A stretch of DNA of 64,000 nt. Origin: Roseibacillus sp. GTDB taxonomy: Bacteria > Verrucomicrobiota > Verrucomicrobiia > Verrucomicrobiales > Akkermansiaceae. The DNA lies in the NCBI GenBank assembly GCA_965242925.1, contig CBDEUM010000034.1, positions 192,001 through 256,000 of the forward strand, in the 5' to 3' direction. Within the stretch, counting starts at the first letter, position 1, and each line of letters starts with the position of its first letter. The notes under the pieces are model-generated. The model was not told where the DNA came from, searched no databases, and saw only the letters and a program-made list of their open reading frames with translations. Shown piece after piece: positions 1-9,117 of this stretch. The position numbers and the translations under genes are program-made.

Positions 1-110
1 TCGTCAGCCATGAAATTAAGGGGTATTAGTCGACAGGCGTGGCTCGGACCGGATGTGAAACTAAACCAATGACATCAAAAGAAAATTGAAATCTTCGGCA
101 CATGAGGGAG

Positions 111-818
111 TCAGGGCTGTGAACCGGCATCAATCACCTGCTGCAAACCCCGTGCCACCACCTCCACATGCCCGGAGTTGAGAGGATGAGGAACGATAAT
201 TCCAAGGATCAGTGGCCCCTGGCGTGTATTGACGGGAACTACTTCCAGGACGAAATCAGGAGCCACCTTGATGTGCAAATTCCCAGCCGCCACTGTTCCG
301 GCCTGCCGGTTGGCGGTATAGCAGGCCTGCGCCAGGGTTCTTGCCACCTGTCGCAACTTGCTCGATCGAACCTCGTCAATCAGAACGCCTCCCCCGCGAT
401 CAAGCAGGAAAAACGACCTCGCCTGCACTGCCTCCCGGAGCCATGGACCGAAGGATCCGAGTCCGGGAATGAAGCGAGGAGTAGCAGGTGAAGATGGTGA
501 CACTCCCACCGCCGCTACCGGCGTAACCTGGGTCAGTTCTGCTGCCTCACCCAGTTCCCCATGGGAATCCGCCTGGGGTTCAAGCATACCCCCTCGCTGC
601 GCCAATTCCCGAGCCGCCGCCAGAGTGCGGCAGGCGTTCTCCTCACCGGGAGTATCTGGTTGCTGCGAGCCTGGCCGGGAAGAAGGCGAACCCTCCACCT
701 CATAGCCGACAAAGTCGGCGCCGAAGGCGGTCTCTTCAGGATCAGGAGGCGAGGCGAGCAGCGCATCTGCCATACGCCGCAACTCGCGGGTATCCACCCA
801 TGATTCAATCGGATCCAT
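111..818 (-). CDS. Hypothetical protein: short N-terminal helix, disordered acidic/Pro linker, C-terminal alpha/beta domain (possibly roadblock/GAF-like)
   Basis: 235-aa ORF from ATG, co-oriented directly downstream of the ParA gene; C-terminal ~110 aa alternate strand and helix patterns (SFFLLDRGGGVL...LHIKV...VLEVVPV...LILGIIV). Confidence 0.7.
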   Translation of the reverse strand: MDPIESWVDTRELRRMADALLASPPDPEETAFGADFVGYEVEGSPSSRPGSQQPDTPGEENACRTLAAARELAQRGGMLEPQADSHGELGEAAELTQVTPVAAVGVSPSSPATPRFIPGLGSFGPWLREAVQARSFFLLDRGGGVLIDEVRSSKLRQVARTLAQACYTANRQAGTVAAGNLHIKVAPDFVLEVVPVNTRQGPLILGIIVPHPLNSGHVEVVARGLQQVIDAGSQP

Positions 819-911
819 GTGCCCTCCTCGGTTTCAAGAGTCGCATACAGTGATGCAAAATTCCCTCGCCCTTGCCAAAACTAATCGGCGAATTCTGGGA
901 TGTTCTCAAAA

Positions 912-1682
912 CTATGCAGACACACCCAGCCGGCGCTCCACTTCGATTCGGAGATTGTCGAATACCCCCAGCATCGGGTCTCCCCCGTCCATCACCCCCG
1001 CCGGAACACCACGGGCACTGGCCTTGATGAAAAGATCATCGCGGGGGATCGCCGTCCGCATCACCATCTCCGGCGGAAGAATTGCCCGCAGCGCCTGCAC
1101 GGCATCCCGGCTCTCCGGGAGCCTGCTCTGCATCATGGTGAGCACTACTCCCAGAACTACTAGCTGAGGGTTGGCAATTCGCAGCCGGGTCAGGGCTTCC
1201 AGCATCTTGGGGACGGAGCGTATCCCCAACGGCTCAGCCTGCTGCGGGACCATGACCGCGTTGGCCGCAGACAGCACGTCGGCGGTGGCTCCAAAAAACC
1301 CGGCTGCGGTATCAACAATGCAGATCTCGACATCAAGGGAAGCCAGATCCCGCAGAAATGTGCGTAACCGGGGCAGGACGGCACCGGTCGCAGATCCATT
1401 CAGATCGTAGACACTGGCCTGTCCCGCCGGAACCAGGCTCAGAGTTTCGAGACGGGTCGGAACAATGAGATCAGCGGTGCGCACCGCCGAATCGTCCATA
1501 AAATCGTAAAAACCCGCTAAACTCCGACTCTGCCGGGTAAGGGACAATCCCACCGAACCCTGAGGATCGGAGTCCACAAGCACTGTGCGGCGACCGCTCC
1601 TGGCAAAAGCATGAGCCAAATTAATTGCGACCGTCGTCTTGCCGACTCCACCCTTCTGGCTCGAGATTCCGATCGTAATCAC
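912..1682 (-). CDS. ParA/Soj/MinD family ATPase
   Basis: Deviant Walker A KGGVGKTT, DSDPQGS, IVDTAAG; start moved to GTG at 1682 (VITIGISSQKGG); no parB adjacent. Confidence 0.9.
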   Translation of the reverse strand: MITIGISSQKGGVGKTTVAINLAHAFARSGRRTVLVDSDPQGSVGLSLTRQSRSLAGFYDFMDDSAVRTADLIVPTRLETLSLVPAGQASVYDLNGSATGAVLPRLRTFLRDLASLDVEICIVDTAAGFFGATADVLSAANAVMVPQQAEPLGIRSVPKMLEALTRLRIANPQLVVLGVVLTMMQSRLPESRDAVQALRAILPPEMVMRTAIPRDDLFIKASARGVPAGVMDGGDPMLGVFDNLRIEVERRLGVSA

Positions 1683-2037
1683 CAATGAGGACCTTGGGGG
1701 GGACTGTAACGCCCTCGCCCGGATGAAAAAGTCTTTTCTCCATCCGGCCGAAAGAGCAATTCTGCGAGCCATTATAAGAGCTCCTGCCCCTGCGCCAGCC
1801 CCGAATCTCCCGGGTTGACCCCCTCAGGGACCTCAGCCCTGAAATCCACTGCGGCGGGACCGGACCGACGAACGATTACGCTTCCCTGTCGCTATCGTTC
1901 ACAGTCAGACGCCCTCCGTGCCGCACTACTGTGTAAACACCAAACCGACTTGATCGTCCAAGAATGAATTCATTGGCCAAATCCGGGCATTTTGCTCCAC
2001 AATACGCATGCAAGCACAATACATGCCTTCCCGCTAT

Positions 2038-3366
2038 ATGAAGCCCATTAGCACCTTTCTCCTCCTGATCCTCGGCACCAACCTCCTGCTGGCAGACCGG
2101 ATTCACTTCAATGACGGCCGCCCTCCCAAGGAAGGGAAGGTGATGCTGGAAACTCCCGGCCTCCTGGAACTGAAGTGGGAGAAGCGCCCCGGCATCTTCC
2201 AGACCGACCGCTACCTCAAGACAAACATTGAACGGGTCGAGATAGACACCAAGGAAGATATCCAGTTCAGGAACATGGGAAAGTTGGTGCCGACCCCCGA
2301 CCGCCTGACTCCCGAGGACTACCAGAGACGAATCGCCAAGTGTAGGGCCTTCCTTGATATCTTTCCGAACGGAGCGCACGCCCCCAAGGCACAGATCATT
2401 CTGGAGAGCCTCCAGCAGGAATACAAAAAGGCGGCCGCCGGTGGACTCAAACTCGATAACAAATGGATCCAGCCTGAAGCGCGTGAGCGGGACGCCTACG
2501 CCATCGATGCCGGCATGGAATACTCCGATATGCTGGCCGCCAAGGACTCCTCCAATTTGATGATGACCATGCGGCATTTCGAGAAGATCAGCTCCGACTT
2601 TGCCGCCTCCGAGAACTATGCCAAGGCCCGTGAGGTTGCCATCGATACTCTGAAGACCTATGGTCCGATCCTGCAACGTCAGGTCGGTCAGGTGCAGTTC
2701 AAGAGACAGGACCGCGAACGTGCGCGAGCCACGCTTCCGGCCAATGTCCGCGCACAGAACAAAGCGGCGCAGGACAGGGCCGACGCCAATTACCTCAAAC
2801 GCGTCGGGCGCGAAACCAACGAACTCAAGACCAAGTGGCTTTCGCTGAACGAGTACCACAGTGACCCGATGCGCAAGGTCCTCAATAGTGTCAAAAACAC
2901 TCTCACAGCCCTTGAAAAGGAGGCCCCTGCCGAGAAGGAGAACTTCGCCGGCTCCCTCCACCGAGACGCCTGGGATGCTGCCCGGAGCGGTGATATTGAA
3001 ACCGGCGAAGAAATCCTCAAGCAACTCAAGTCCCTCAAGATCCCAGTTCGCTACCTTGAACGGCTGGAAGAGGCCCTCACTCCTCCCGAAGAGCCGGAAC
3101 CCGAGCCCGAGCCTGAACCCGAGCCGGAACCCGAGCCACAACCCGAGCCCGAGCCTGAACCAAAACCGGAACCGGAACCGGAACCGAAGCCCGACCCCAA
3201 GGATGGCCAAGATCCTGCCCCAAACACCGCTTCCCCTGTCGACGCCTCTCCGCAGGAAGCCAACCCGGAAGGAGGCTCTAAGACGCAGGTGGTTCTCGTC
3301 ATCGTGCTCATCCTGGTCATTCTCGGGGCGCTAGCCGCTGCATTGCTCGGCAAGAAAAAGAAGTAG
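2038..3366 (+). CDS. PTPDL-family-like exported protein with (EP)n linker and C-terminal membrane anchor
   Basis: Signal peptide MKPISTFLLLILGTNLLLA; LVPTPDRL motif; Glu-Pro repeat; C-terminal hydrophobic helix followed by KKKK. Confidence 0.8.
   Translation: MKPISTFLLLILGTNLLLADRIHFNDGRPPKEGKVMLETPGLLELKWEKRPGIFQTDRYLKTNIERVEIDTKEDIQFRNMGKLVPTPDRLTPEDYQRRIAKCRAFLDIFPNGAHAPKAQIILESLQQEYKKAAAGGLKLDNKWIQPEARERDAYAIDAGMEYSDMLAAKDSSNLMMTMRHFEKISSDFAASENYAKAREVAIDTLKTYGPILQRQVGQVQFKRQDRERARATLPANVRAQNKAAQDRADANYLKRVGRETNELKTKWLSLNEYHSDPMRKVLNSVKNTLTALEKEAPAEKENFAGSLHRDAWDAARSGDIETGEEILKQLKSLKIPVRYLERLEEALTPPEEPEPEPEPEPEPEPEPQPEPEPEPKPEPEPEPKPDPKDGQDPAPNTASPVDASPQEANPEGGSKTQVVLVIVLILVILGALAAALLGKKKK
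3085..3198 (+). repeat. In-frame 6-bp-period repeat (GARCCN) encoding a Glu-Pro linker
   Basis: gagccggaacccgagcccgagcctgaaccc... translates to PEEPEPEPEPEPEPEPEPQPEPEPEPKPEPEPEPKPDP. Confidence 0.9.
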
Positions 3367-3388
3367 GCTCCAAACCAGTATCCACAAC

Positions 3389-3985
3389 ATGTCGAAGAAT
3401 CCCCGCTCAGCGAGCCAGTCGCGGAAAACCGCCGAGACTGACGTCCACCTGAATCTCGATCTCGACGGAAGCGGCATTTCGAAGATCGAAACGGAGATCC
3501 CCTTTTTCGATCACATGCTCACCCTTTTTTCGCGGCACTCGCTGATTGATCTGGAACTCAAGGTCCGCGGTGATGTTGAAGTCGACTACCACCACACGGT
3601 CGAGGATAGTGGCATCGTGCTTGGCGAATGCCTCCGGGAAGCCCTTGGCGACAAGCAGGGCATCGCCCGATTCGGCCACGCCTACGTCCCCATGGACGAA
3701 ACCCTCTCACGGGTTGTGGTCGACCTCAGCAACCGGCCCTGCCTTGAATTCCGCACTCCGGGAGGCACCCCGGATGCACAGAACTTCCCCTTCAGCCTGG
3801 TGGAGGAATTCTTCCGCGCCTTCGCCTCCAACCTCCGCGCCAACATACACGTGGAAGTCTTTTACGGCCGCGACGGACACCACATTGCTGAAAGCACCTT
3901 CAAGTCGCTGGCGCGCGCCCTGCGGGCTGCGGCGAGCCGCGATTCCCGTGTGAAGGGCGTTCCCAGCACCAAGGAGACTCTCTAG
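3389..3985 (+). CDS. hisB: Imidazoleglycerol-phosphate dehydratase
   Basis: FFDHML, DYHHTVED, PMDETL, DGHHIAESTFK motifs. Confidence 0.97.
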   Translation: MSKNPRSASQSRKTAETDVHLNLDLDGSGISKIETEIPFFDHMLTLFSRHSLIDLELKVRGDVEVDYHHTVEDSGIVLGECLREALGDKQGIARFGHAYVPMDETLSRVVVDLSNRPCLEFRTPGGTPDAQNFPFSLVEEFFRAFASNLRANIHVEVFYGRDGHHIAESTFKSLARALRAAASRDSRVKGVPSTKETL

Positions 3986-4026
3986 CGTCCGGACCACCGA
4001 GCACGCATACCTCTACTTCCCAGCTT

Positions 4027-4665
4027 TTGCCTCCTGAATCCCAGATCGGCGTCATCGACTACGGCGGCGGCAACATCCGCAGCCTCATCAGGGCCCTGGA
4101 AACCCTCGGCGCCCCCCCCCGACTCATCACCGCTCCGGAGCAGATGGATGATCTTGAGATTGTCTTTTTTCCCGGTCAGGGAGCCTTTGGGGACTGCATG
4201 ACCAAGCTCGACAACCTTGGACTCGTTAAACCACTGGTCGACTGGATCAAGGCTGACCGGCCGTTTTTTGGAATATGTATAGGATACCAGCTCCTCTTTG
4301 AAGGGAGCGAAGAGTCGCCCGGGGTCAGGGGCCTTTCCATATTCCAGGGGCAGGTAACCCGCTTTCCCCGAAGCGAACTGAAGGTTCCTCATATGGGATG
4401 GAACAGTGCAACTCTCATCGATTCGTCCAAGGCTCCGTGGACAGATCTCGGAGAGACTCCCTACTTCTACTACGTGCACTCTTACTTCCCCACCCCACTC
4501 GACTCCTCCCTGGTCGTGGCAGAAACGGAATACGGAGTCGCTTTTGCCGGCGCCATTCAACATGGCCGCCTGATCGCCACCCAGTTCCACCCGGAGAAGA
4601 GTCAAAGAACGGGCATGAAATTCATCAGGAACTTCCTGAAAATCCACGCCTCTGCAGCCTCTTAA
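4027..4665 (+). CDS. hisH: Imidazole glycerol phosphate synthase glutamine amidotransferase subunit
   Basis: IDYGGGN, PGQGAF, GICIGYQ, VPHMGWN, YYVHSY, QFHPEKS; start codon (TTG) uncertain. Confidence 0.96.
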   Translation: MPPESQIGVIDYGGGNIRSLIRALETLGAPPRLITAPEQMDDLEIVFFPGQGAFGDCMTKLDNLGLVKPLVDWIKADRPFFGICIGYQLLFEGSEESPGVRGLSIFQGQVTRFPRSELKVPHMGWNSATLIDSSKAPWTDLGETPYFYYVHSYFPTPLDSSLVVAETEYGVAFAGAIQHGRLIATQFHPEKSQRTGMKFIRNFLKIHASAAS

Positions 4666-4840
4666 AAACGGTAACGGCCTGGTCTCCACTCATCCCTTGC
4701 CCCCGGGATCCGGTACCGTGGACCCTCTCCTCAGATCCCGCATTACAATGACAGATGGCTATAATAATAGCGGCAATCAACGGACAGGGAACTGACAAGC
4801 AGGACGACTCGCTTCAGTGATCTTCGTGGGTGTTGCGTAT

Positions 4841-4876
4841 TTTTTAACGCTCAATCCTTTTTTAACGCTCAATCCT
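4841..4876. repeat. Perfect 18-bp tandem duplication TTTTTAACGCTCAATCCT x2
   Basis: 4841-4858 and 4859-4876 are identical. Confidence 0.95.
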
Positions 4877-4985
4877 TGGGGAAGAAAAGGGGGGATTCGA
4901 CCGGGGTTTCTCTGCGGAGTCAAAAGGGTCATTGCGCAGGTATCTCATAATGACAAAGCATTCCCACCCTCCTAAACTCATTCTC

Positions 4986-7697
4986 ATGAAAGCCAAAGCT
5001 GTCCTCTCCTTAGCCACTCTCCTCTGCTTTCTCTTTTCTTCCGCCGAGGCCCAACTGGTTATTTCCGAAGTAATGGCCCGGGGCAACCAGGGATTTGCGG
5101 ACGAAGACGGTGATCACCCGGATTGGATTGAACTCTTCAACAAGAGCACCAAGAGGATCAAGCTTGCTGACTTCGCATTGACCGATGACCAGAATGCTCC
5201 TCTGAAATGGAGATTGCCCGAGCGCGCCCTGGAATCTGGTTCTTACACCATTGTCTTTGCGTCCGGAAAGGACCGCCGCCCGAAGCAGGGGAATCTTCAT
5301 GCCAACTTCAAACTGGATGGTTCCGGTGAATATCTGGCGGCCGTTCGCATTGCCGACATGAACCCTGTCAGCGCATTCGACCCACACTTCCCATCAGCAG
5401 GCAAAGGAGAGTCCTTCGGGCCCGACTTCAAGAACGGGCGCATCGATTCTCCCAAAATCGTGTTTTTCGAAGATGCGACGCCCGGAAAAGGAAACAGCAG
5501 GGTCAGGCTCCAGGCTGACAGGTCGACAAGCGACAGAAACCTCACCCTCAGTGAAATTTTCCCTGTTGACCGGGTCATCGATATTCGGATTACGATGACA
5601 GAGGAGGACTGGGACACCATCCGGCATCAAACTCGAAACCTTTTTGAGGTTCTTAATGAGAACCGGAAGAAAGCACCGATCGACGGCCCCTACACCTACG
5701 TTGATGCCAGCATTACGATCGATGACCACAGGTTCCCCGATGTCGGGGTCCGCAAGAAGGGTTTCATCGGATCACAGAGCGCTTCCCGACCCTCGCTCAA
5801 GGTGAAACTGAACCACGTGGACGGGAACGGTGAGATCGATGGGCTGACCACTCTCACGCTTAATAACAACAAGCAGGACACTGCTTTGGTGGATCAGTAT
5901 CTGGGATACTCGCTATTCAACGCTTCCGGTTCCCCGGCTCCCCGATGCGCCTTTGCGAAAGTTTCCGTCAATGGAGTAAGCCTGGGCGTCTATTCTCATG
6001 TCGAAACGTTTCGCAAACCTCTCATCAGGCGCGCATTCGGAAATAGCAGCGGAACTCTTTACGAAGGAACGGTGGTCGACTTCCGGGAAGGATGGGAGGG
6101 CAGCTTCGAGAAAAAGTTCGGCAGTGATGCGCGGGGGCGCGCCATGATCAAACAACTCATCGACCTCCTTGAAGGGGACCAAGTGGACTCCGACCCCGAA
6201 AAACTCATTGGGGAACTGGTCGACCTTGAGGCCTTCTACCGATTCTGGGCTATGGAAGGACTCGTCGGATTCTGGGACGGCTACAGCGGGAACCACAACA
6301 ATTTCTTTGCCTACCTCAATCCGGAGAACGGCCGATTTCACTTCCTCCCCTGGGGCGCTGATGCGCTCTTCGCCAAGTACAGCGAACTCGGCTACAACCC
6401 CAAGGCCCCCATTTCGGTCAAAACCAAGGGGATGATCGCCCACAAGTTGTATCAATCCCAATCGGGGCGGGAACGCTATGCGCAAACCATGCAGCATTTA
6501 CTCAAGGAGAATTGGGACGAAGATGCTCTGATCGCAGAAACCAGGCGTCTGGAAAAACTTCTCCTTCCCCACGTGATCCCCGCTCAATCGGATTTCACCG
6601 AAGAACTGGAAGAACTCCGAAAGTTCATCAGGACCCGCCGCGCTGATCTTGTTGCAGAAATCTCAGATGGGATGCCCCTGTGGAGCGAAATCCCTGATCC
6701 GCCTGCTATCATCCCCTCTTTTTTCACCAAAGGGTCGGCTTCCGACTCAATCTGGAATGCCGCCATGAAAGGCGACATCCCTGGCATCAAGGCGCAACTG
6801 GACAACGGAGTGGATGTCGATGCCCGGGATCCCCTCGGATCCATTCCCCTTTCCCTCGCGACCCTTACCGGAAAATCGAAAGCGGTGGAGTACCTTCTCG
6901 AAAAAGGAGCCGATGTGAATGCCGTGAGCCCGAAAAATGATGCCGCCGTGCACGGTGCTGCATTTCTTGGCCGCCTGGAGGCAATGCGTATTCTGATTGA
7001 TCATAAGGCAGACATCAATCTCCGCAACGGCGATGGGGCCACTCCCCTGGATATTGCCTCCGCTCCCTGGAGCGATGAGCTACAGGGCATTATTCAATTC
7101 GTGGGGGCATTACTGCAGATCCAACCGGATCTGGAACGGATAAGGGAAGCTCGCCCCGAGGTGGCAACCCTTCTTCGCAAGGCCGGCGCAAAAGCGGGCT
7201 CGGCTTTGCCGAAACCGCCTGATGTCAGCATCTGGGAGGCGGCCAAAACCGGTGACCTTGAAAGCCTCAGAACACAGCTTGCCGAGGACGGAGCAGACCT
7301 CAACAGGCGGGACTCCAACGGAATCACTCCTCTTTCTTGGACGGCCCTGTCGGGACAACTAAAGGCTGCGGAGTTGCTGCTCGCCGCGGGCGCCAGAATC
7401 AACTCTTCCAATAAGGACGGATCAAGCAGTCTGCACTCATCGGCTTTCTTCGGTCATCTCGACATCGTCAAACTACTGGTTAAGAACCAGATTAATATAG
7501 ACTCCAAAAATGACGAGGGCGAAACAGCCCTGGATCTTGTCTCCTCACCGTGGACCGAAGATCTCCAGGGAATTGTCCAGTTTGTCGCAGGGATTCTGAA
7601 GATCGACCTTGATCCGGAAGAGGTGAAGAACAATCGCCCCCGGATTGCCGCCTTTCTCCGGGAGCGCCGTGGCAAGGCGAGCGCGGAACTCGAATGA
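4986..7697 (+). CDS. Exported lamin-tail-domain + CotH kinase + duplicated ankyrin-module protein
   Basis: Signal peptide; LVISEVMA...DWIELFN...HANFKL (LTD); VGVRKKG, WDGYSGNHNN, FLPWGAD (CotH); ankyrin repeats GADVN/TPLD/TPLS; start could be 4950. Confidence 0.88.
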   Translation: MKAKAVLSLATLLCFLFSSAEAQLVISEVMARGNQGFADEDGDHPDWIELFNKSTKRIKLADFALTDDQNAPLKWRLPERALESGSYTIVFASGKDRRPKQGNLHANFKLDGSGEYLAAVRIADMNPVSAFDPHFPSAGKGESFGPDFKNGRIDSPKIVFFEDATPGKGNSRVRLQADRSTSDRNLTLSEIFPVDRVIDIRITMTEEDWDTIRHQTRNLFEVLNENRKKAPIDGPYTYVDASITIDDHRFPDVGVRKKGFIGSQSASRPSLKVKLNHVDGNGEIDGLTTLTLNNNKQDTALVDQYLGYSLFNASGSPAPRCAFAKVSVNGVSLGVYSHVETFRKPLIRRAFGNSSGTLYEGTVVDFREGWEGSFEKKFGSDARGRAMIKQLIDLLEGDQVDSDPEKLIGELVDLEAFYRFWAMEGLVGFWDGYSGNHNNFFAYLNPENGRFHFLPWGADALFAKYSELGYNPKAPISVKTKGMIAHKLYQSQSGRERYAQTMQHLLKENWDEDALIAETRRLEKLLLPHVIPAQSDFTEELEELRKFIRTRRADLVAEISDGMPLWSEIPDPPAIIPSFFTKGSASDSIWNAAMKGDIPGIKAQLDNGVDVDARDPLGSIPLSLATLTGKSKAVEYLLEKGADVNAVSPKNDAAVHGAAFLGRLEAMRILIDHKADINLRNGDGATPLDIASAPWSDELQGIIQFVGALLQIQPDLERIREARPEVATLLRKAGAKAGSALPKPPDVSIWEAAKTGDLESLRTQLAEDGADLNRRDSNGITPLSWTALSGQLKAAELLLAAGARINSSNKDGSSSLHSSAFFGHLDIVKLLVKNQINIDSKNDEGETALDLVSSPWTEDLQGIVQFVAGILKIDLDPEEVKNNRPRIAAFLRERRGKASAELE

Positions 7698-7798
7698 GAA
7701 ACGATCAAATCCGCCTCATTGTGGATGACAGATTAATCTTCCCTGGTCCCGATCAGTGGCCGGAACTTACGTCCGGCAAAAATTTGCAGGGTTTATCC

Positions 7799-8896
7799 CT
7801 ACGCCGTCACCCGCATGGGCATCAGCACATAGAGAAAGGAACCGCTGCCGCGCAGAACCCCGGGGCTCATCTCATCGATAAGGTCGAGTTGGACCTCCTC
7901 GTCCTCCAGATTGCGGAGCGGCGCCATGAGGAACTCCGGGTTAAAGGCGATGGCAATCTCCTTGCCGCTGTAACTCACGGCCATGGACTCCTTGGCCTCC
8001 CCGATGTCCGGCGAATTGGCGGTGACATCAATGCTTCCATTCCCCACCACCAGTTTTACAGAGTTCGATTTCTCGGAGGAGAGAAGAGAGACCCTCCGCG
8101 CGGTTTCCAGAAGTGCTTCCCGGCCGAGATTGAGCGTCTCCTTCGCTTCTCCTGGAATGACCTGACGGTAGTTGGGATAGTTCCCCTCGATCAACTTTGA
8201 GACGATCACACTGGATCCCACCTCAAACACGATTTGGTTGTCACTCAACTTCGCAATGGCATCCCCTTCCTCGCCAAGCAGACGCTGCAACTCCTGCACC
8301 GCCTTGGTTGGAATAATGAAATCCGTTTCGTTGCTTGCGGGAAACTCGAGGTCATTCTCCACCATCGCGAGTCGGCGACCATCGGTCGCCACCAGAGTGA
8401 GTTTACCCTCCTTGAAGGCCGTGAAAATTCCGTTCAGGACATAGCGGGTCTCGTCATTCGATATCGCATAGGAAGTTTTCTTGAGGCTTTCGCGAAGGAG
8501 CCCCTGTGGAATCTTGTACTCCTTCGCTTCCTTGAAATTCGGCAGGGGCGGGAACTCCCCGTGAGCCAGACCGATGATCTTGAAGAAACTCGGACCGCAG
8601 GTGATCGAGGCCACGTCCTTGGAATCCACCGCAATTTCCACCTCCGCATCGGGCAACTCCCGAATGATGCTGACCAGGCGCTTGACCGGCATCGTGGTCG
8701 ACCCCTCCTTGGAGATCTCGGCCTCCGCCGTGCCGCTCACTCCGACATCGAGATCGGTCGTGGTGAGGCGCAGTTCGTCGCCCTTGGCTTCAATCAGGAC
8801 ATTGGACAGGATAGGAAGGGTCGTCCGGGTGCTGACCACATGCTGTACCTGCTGAAGGCTGTCTAGGAAGGCATCCCTTGCGATCCGGAATTTCAT
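7799..8896 (-). CDS. dnaN: DNA polymerase III beta sliding clamp
   Basis: TTLPILSNVLI, TTDLD, DETRYVLNG, VATDGRRLA, GNYPNY, VLMPMR; ATG at 8896. Confidence 0.98.
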   Translation of the reverse strand: MKFRIARDAFLDSLQQVQHVVSTRTTLPILSNVLIEAKGDELRLTTTDLDVGVSGTAEAEISKEGSTTMPVKRLVSIIRELPDAEVEIAVDSKDVASITCGPSFFKIIGLAHGEFPPLPNFKEAKEYKIPQGLLRESLKKTSYAISNDETRYVLNGIFTAFKEGKLTLVATDGRRLAMVENDLEFPASNETDFIIPTKAVQELQRLLGEEGDAIAKLSDNQIVFEVGSSVIVSKLIEGNYPNYRQVIPGEAKETLNLGREALLETARRVSLLSSEKSNSVKLVVGNGSIDVTANSPDIGEAKESMAVSYSGKEIAIAFNPEFLMAPLRNLEDEEVQLDLIDEMSPGVLRGSGSFLYVLMPMRVTA

Positions 8897-9117
8897 TGGC
8901 AGATAGGGTCCCGACGTTGGGATAAGGAGATCTTGGGAAGAATGCCCCACTTGGCAAGCCATTCTTTAAGAAACAAGTAACATTTTACCCTCACTTTCAA
9001 AGCAAGGCCGGACTCCGCCCAACAGGCACACCCCCTTCTCCCAGCATTCACCAAGATTCGGGGAAACGAATCATGGTGGACTGAAAGAGCTTTTTTGTGG
9101 GCAATGTTCGTCACTCC

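Noticed and set aside
1876..3210. 444-aa antisense ORF with LG/FR repeats
   Set aside because: Shadow of the PTPDL-like gene; the repeats are the reverse complement of the EP linker.
4885..4910. tRNA-like T-arm fragment (reverse strand GGTCGAATCCCCCC)
   Set aside because: Lacks the GTTC of the T-loop, and no cloverleaf or acceptor stem can be built.
8897..9117. oriC in the dnaA-dnaN spacer
   Set aside because: Only two-mismatch boxes (e.g. TGTGGGCAA at 9096-9104), no evident DUE repeats, and no skew change in sampled lines.
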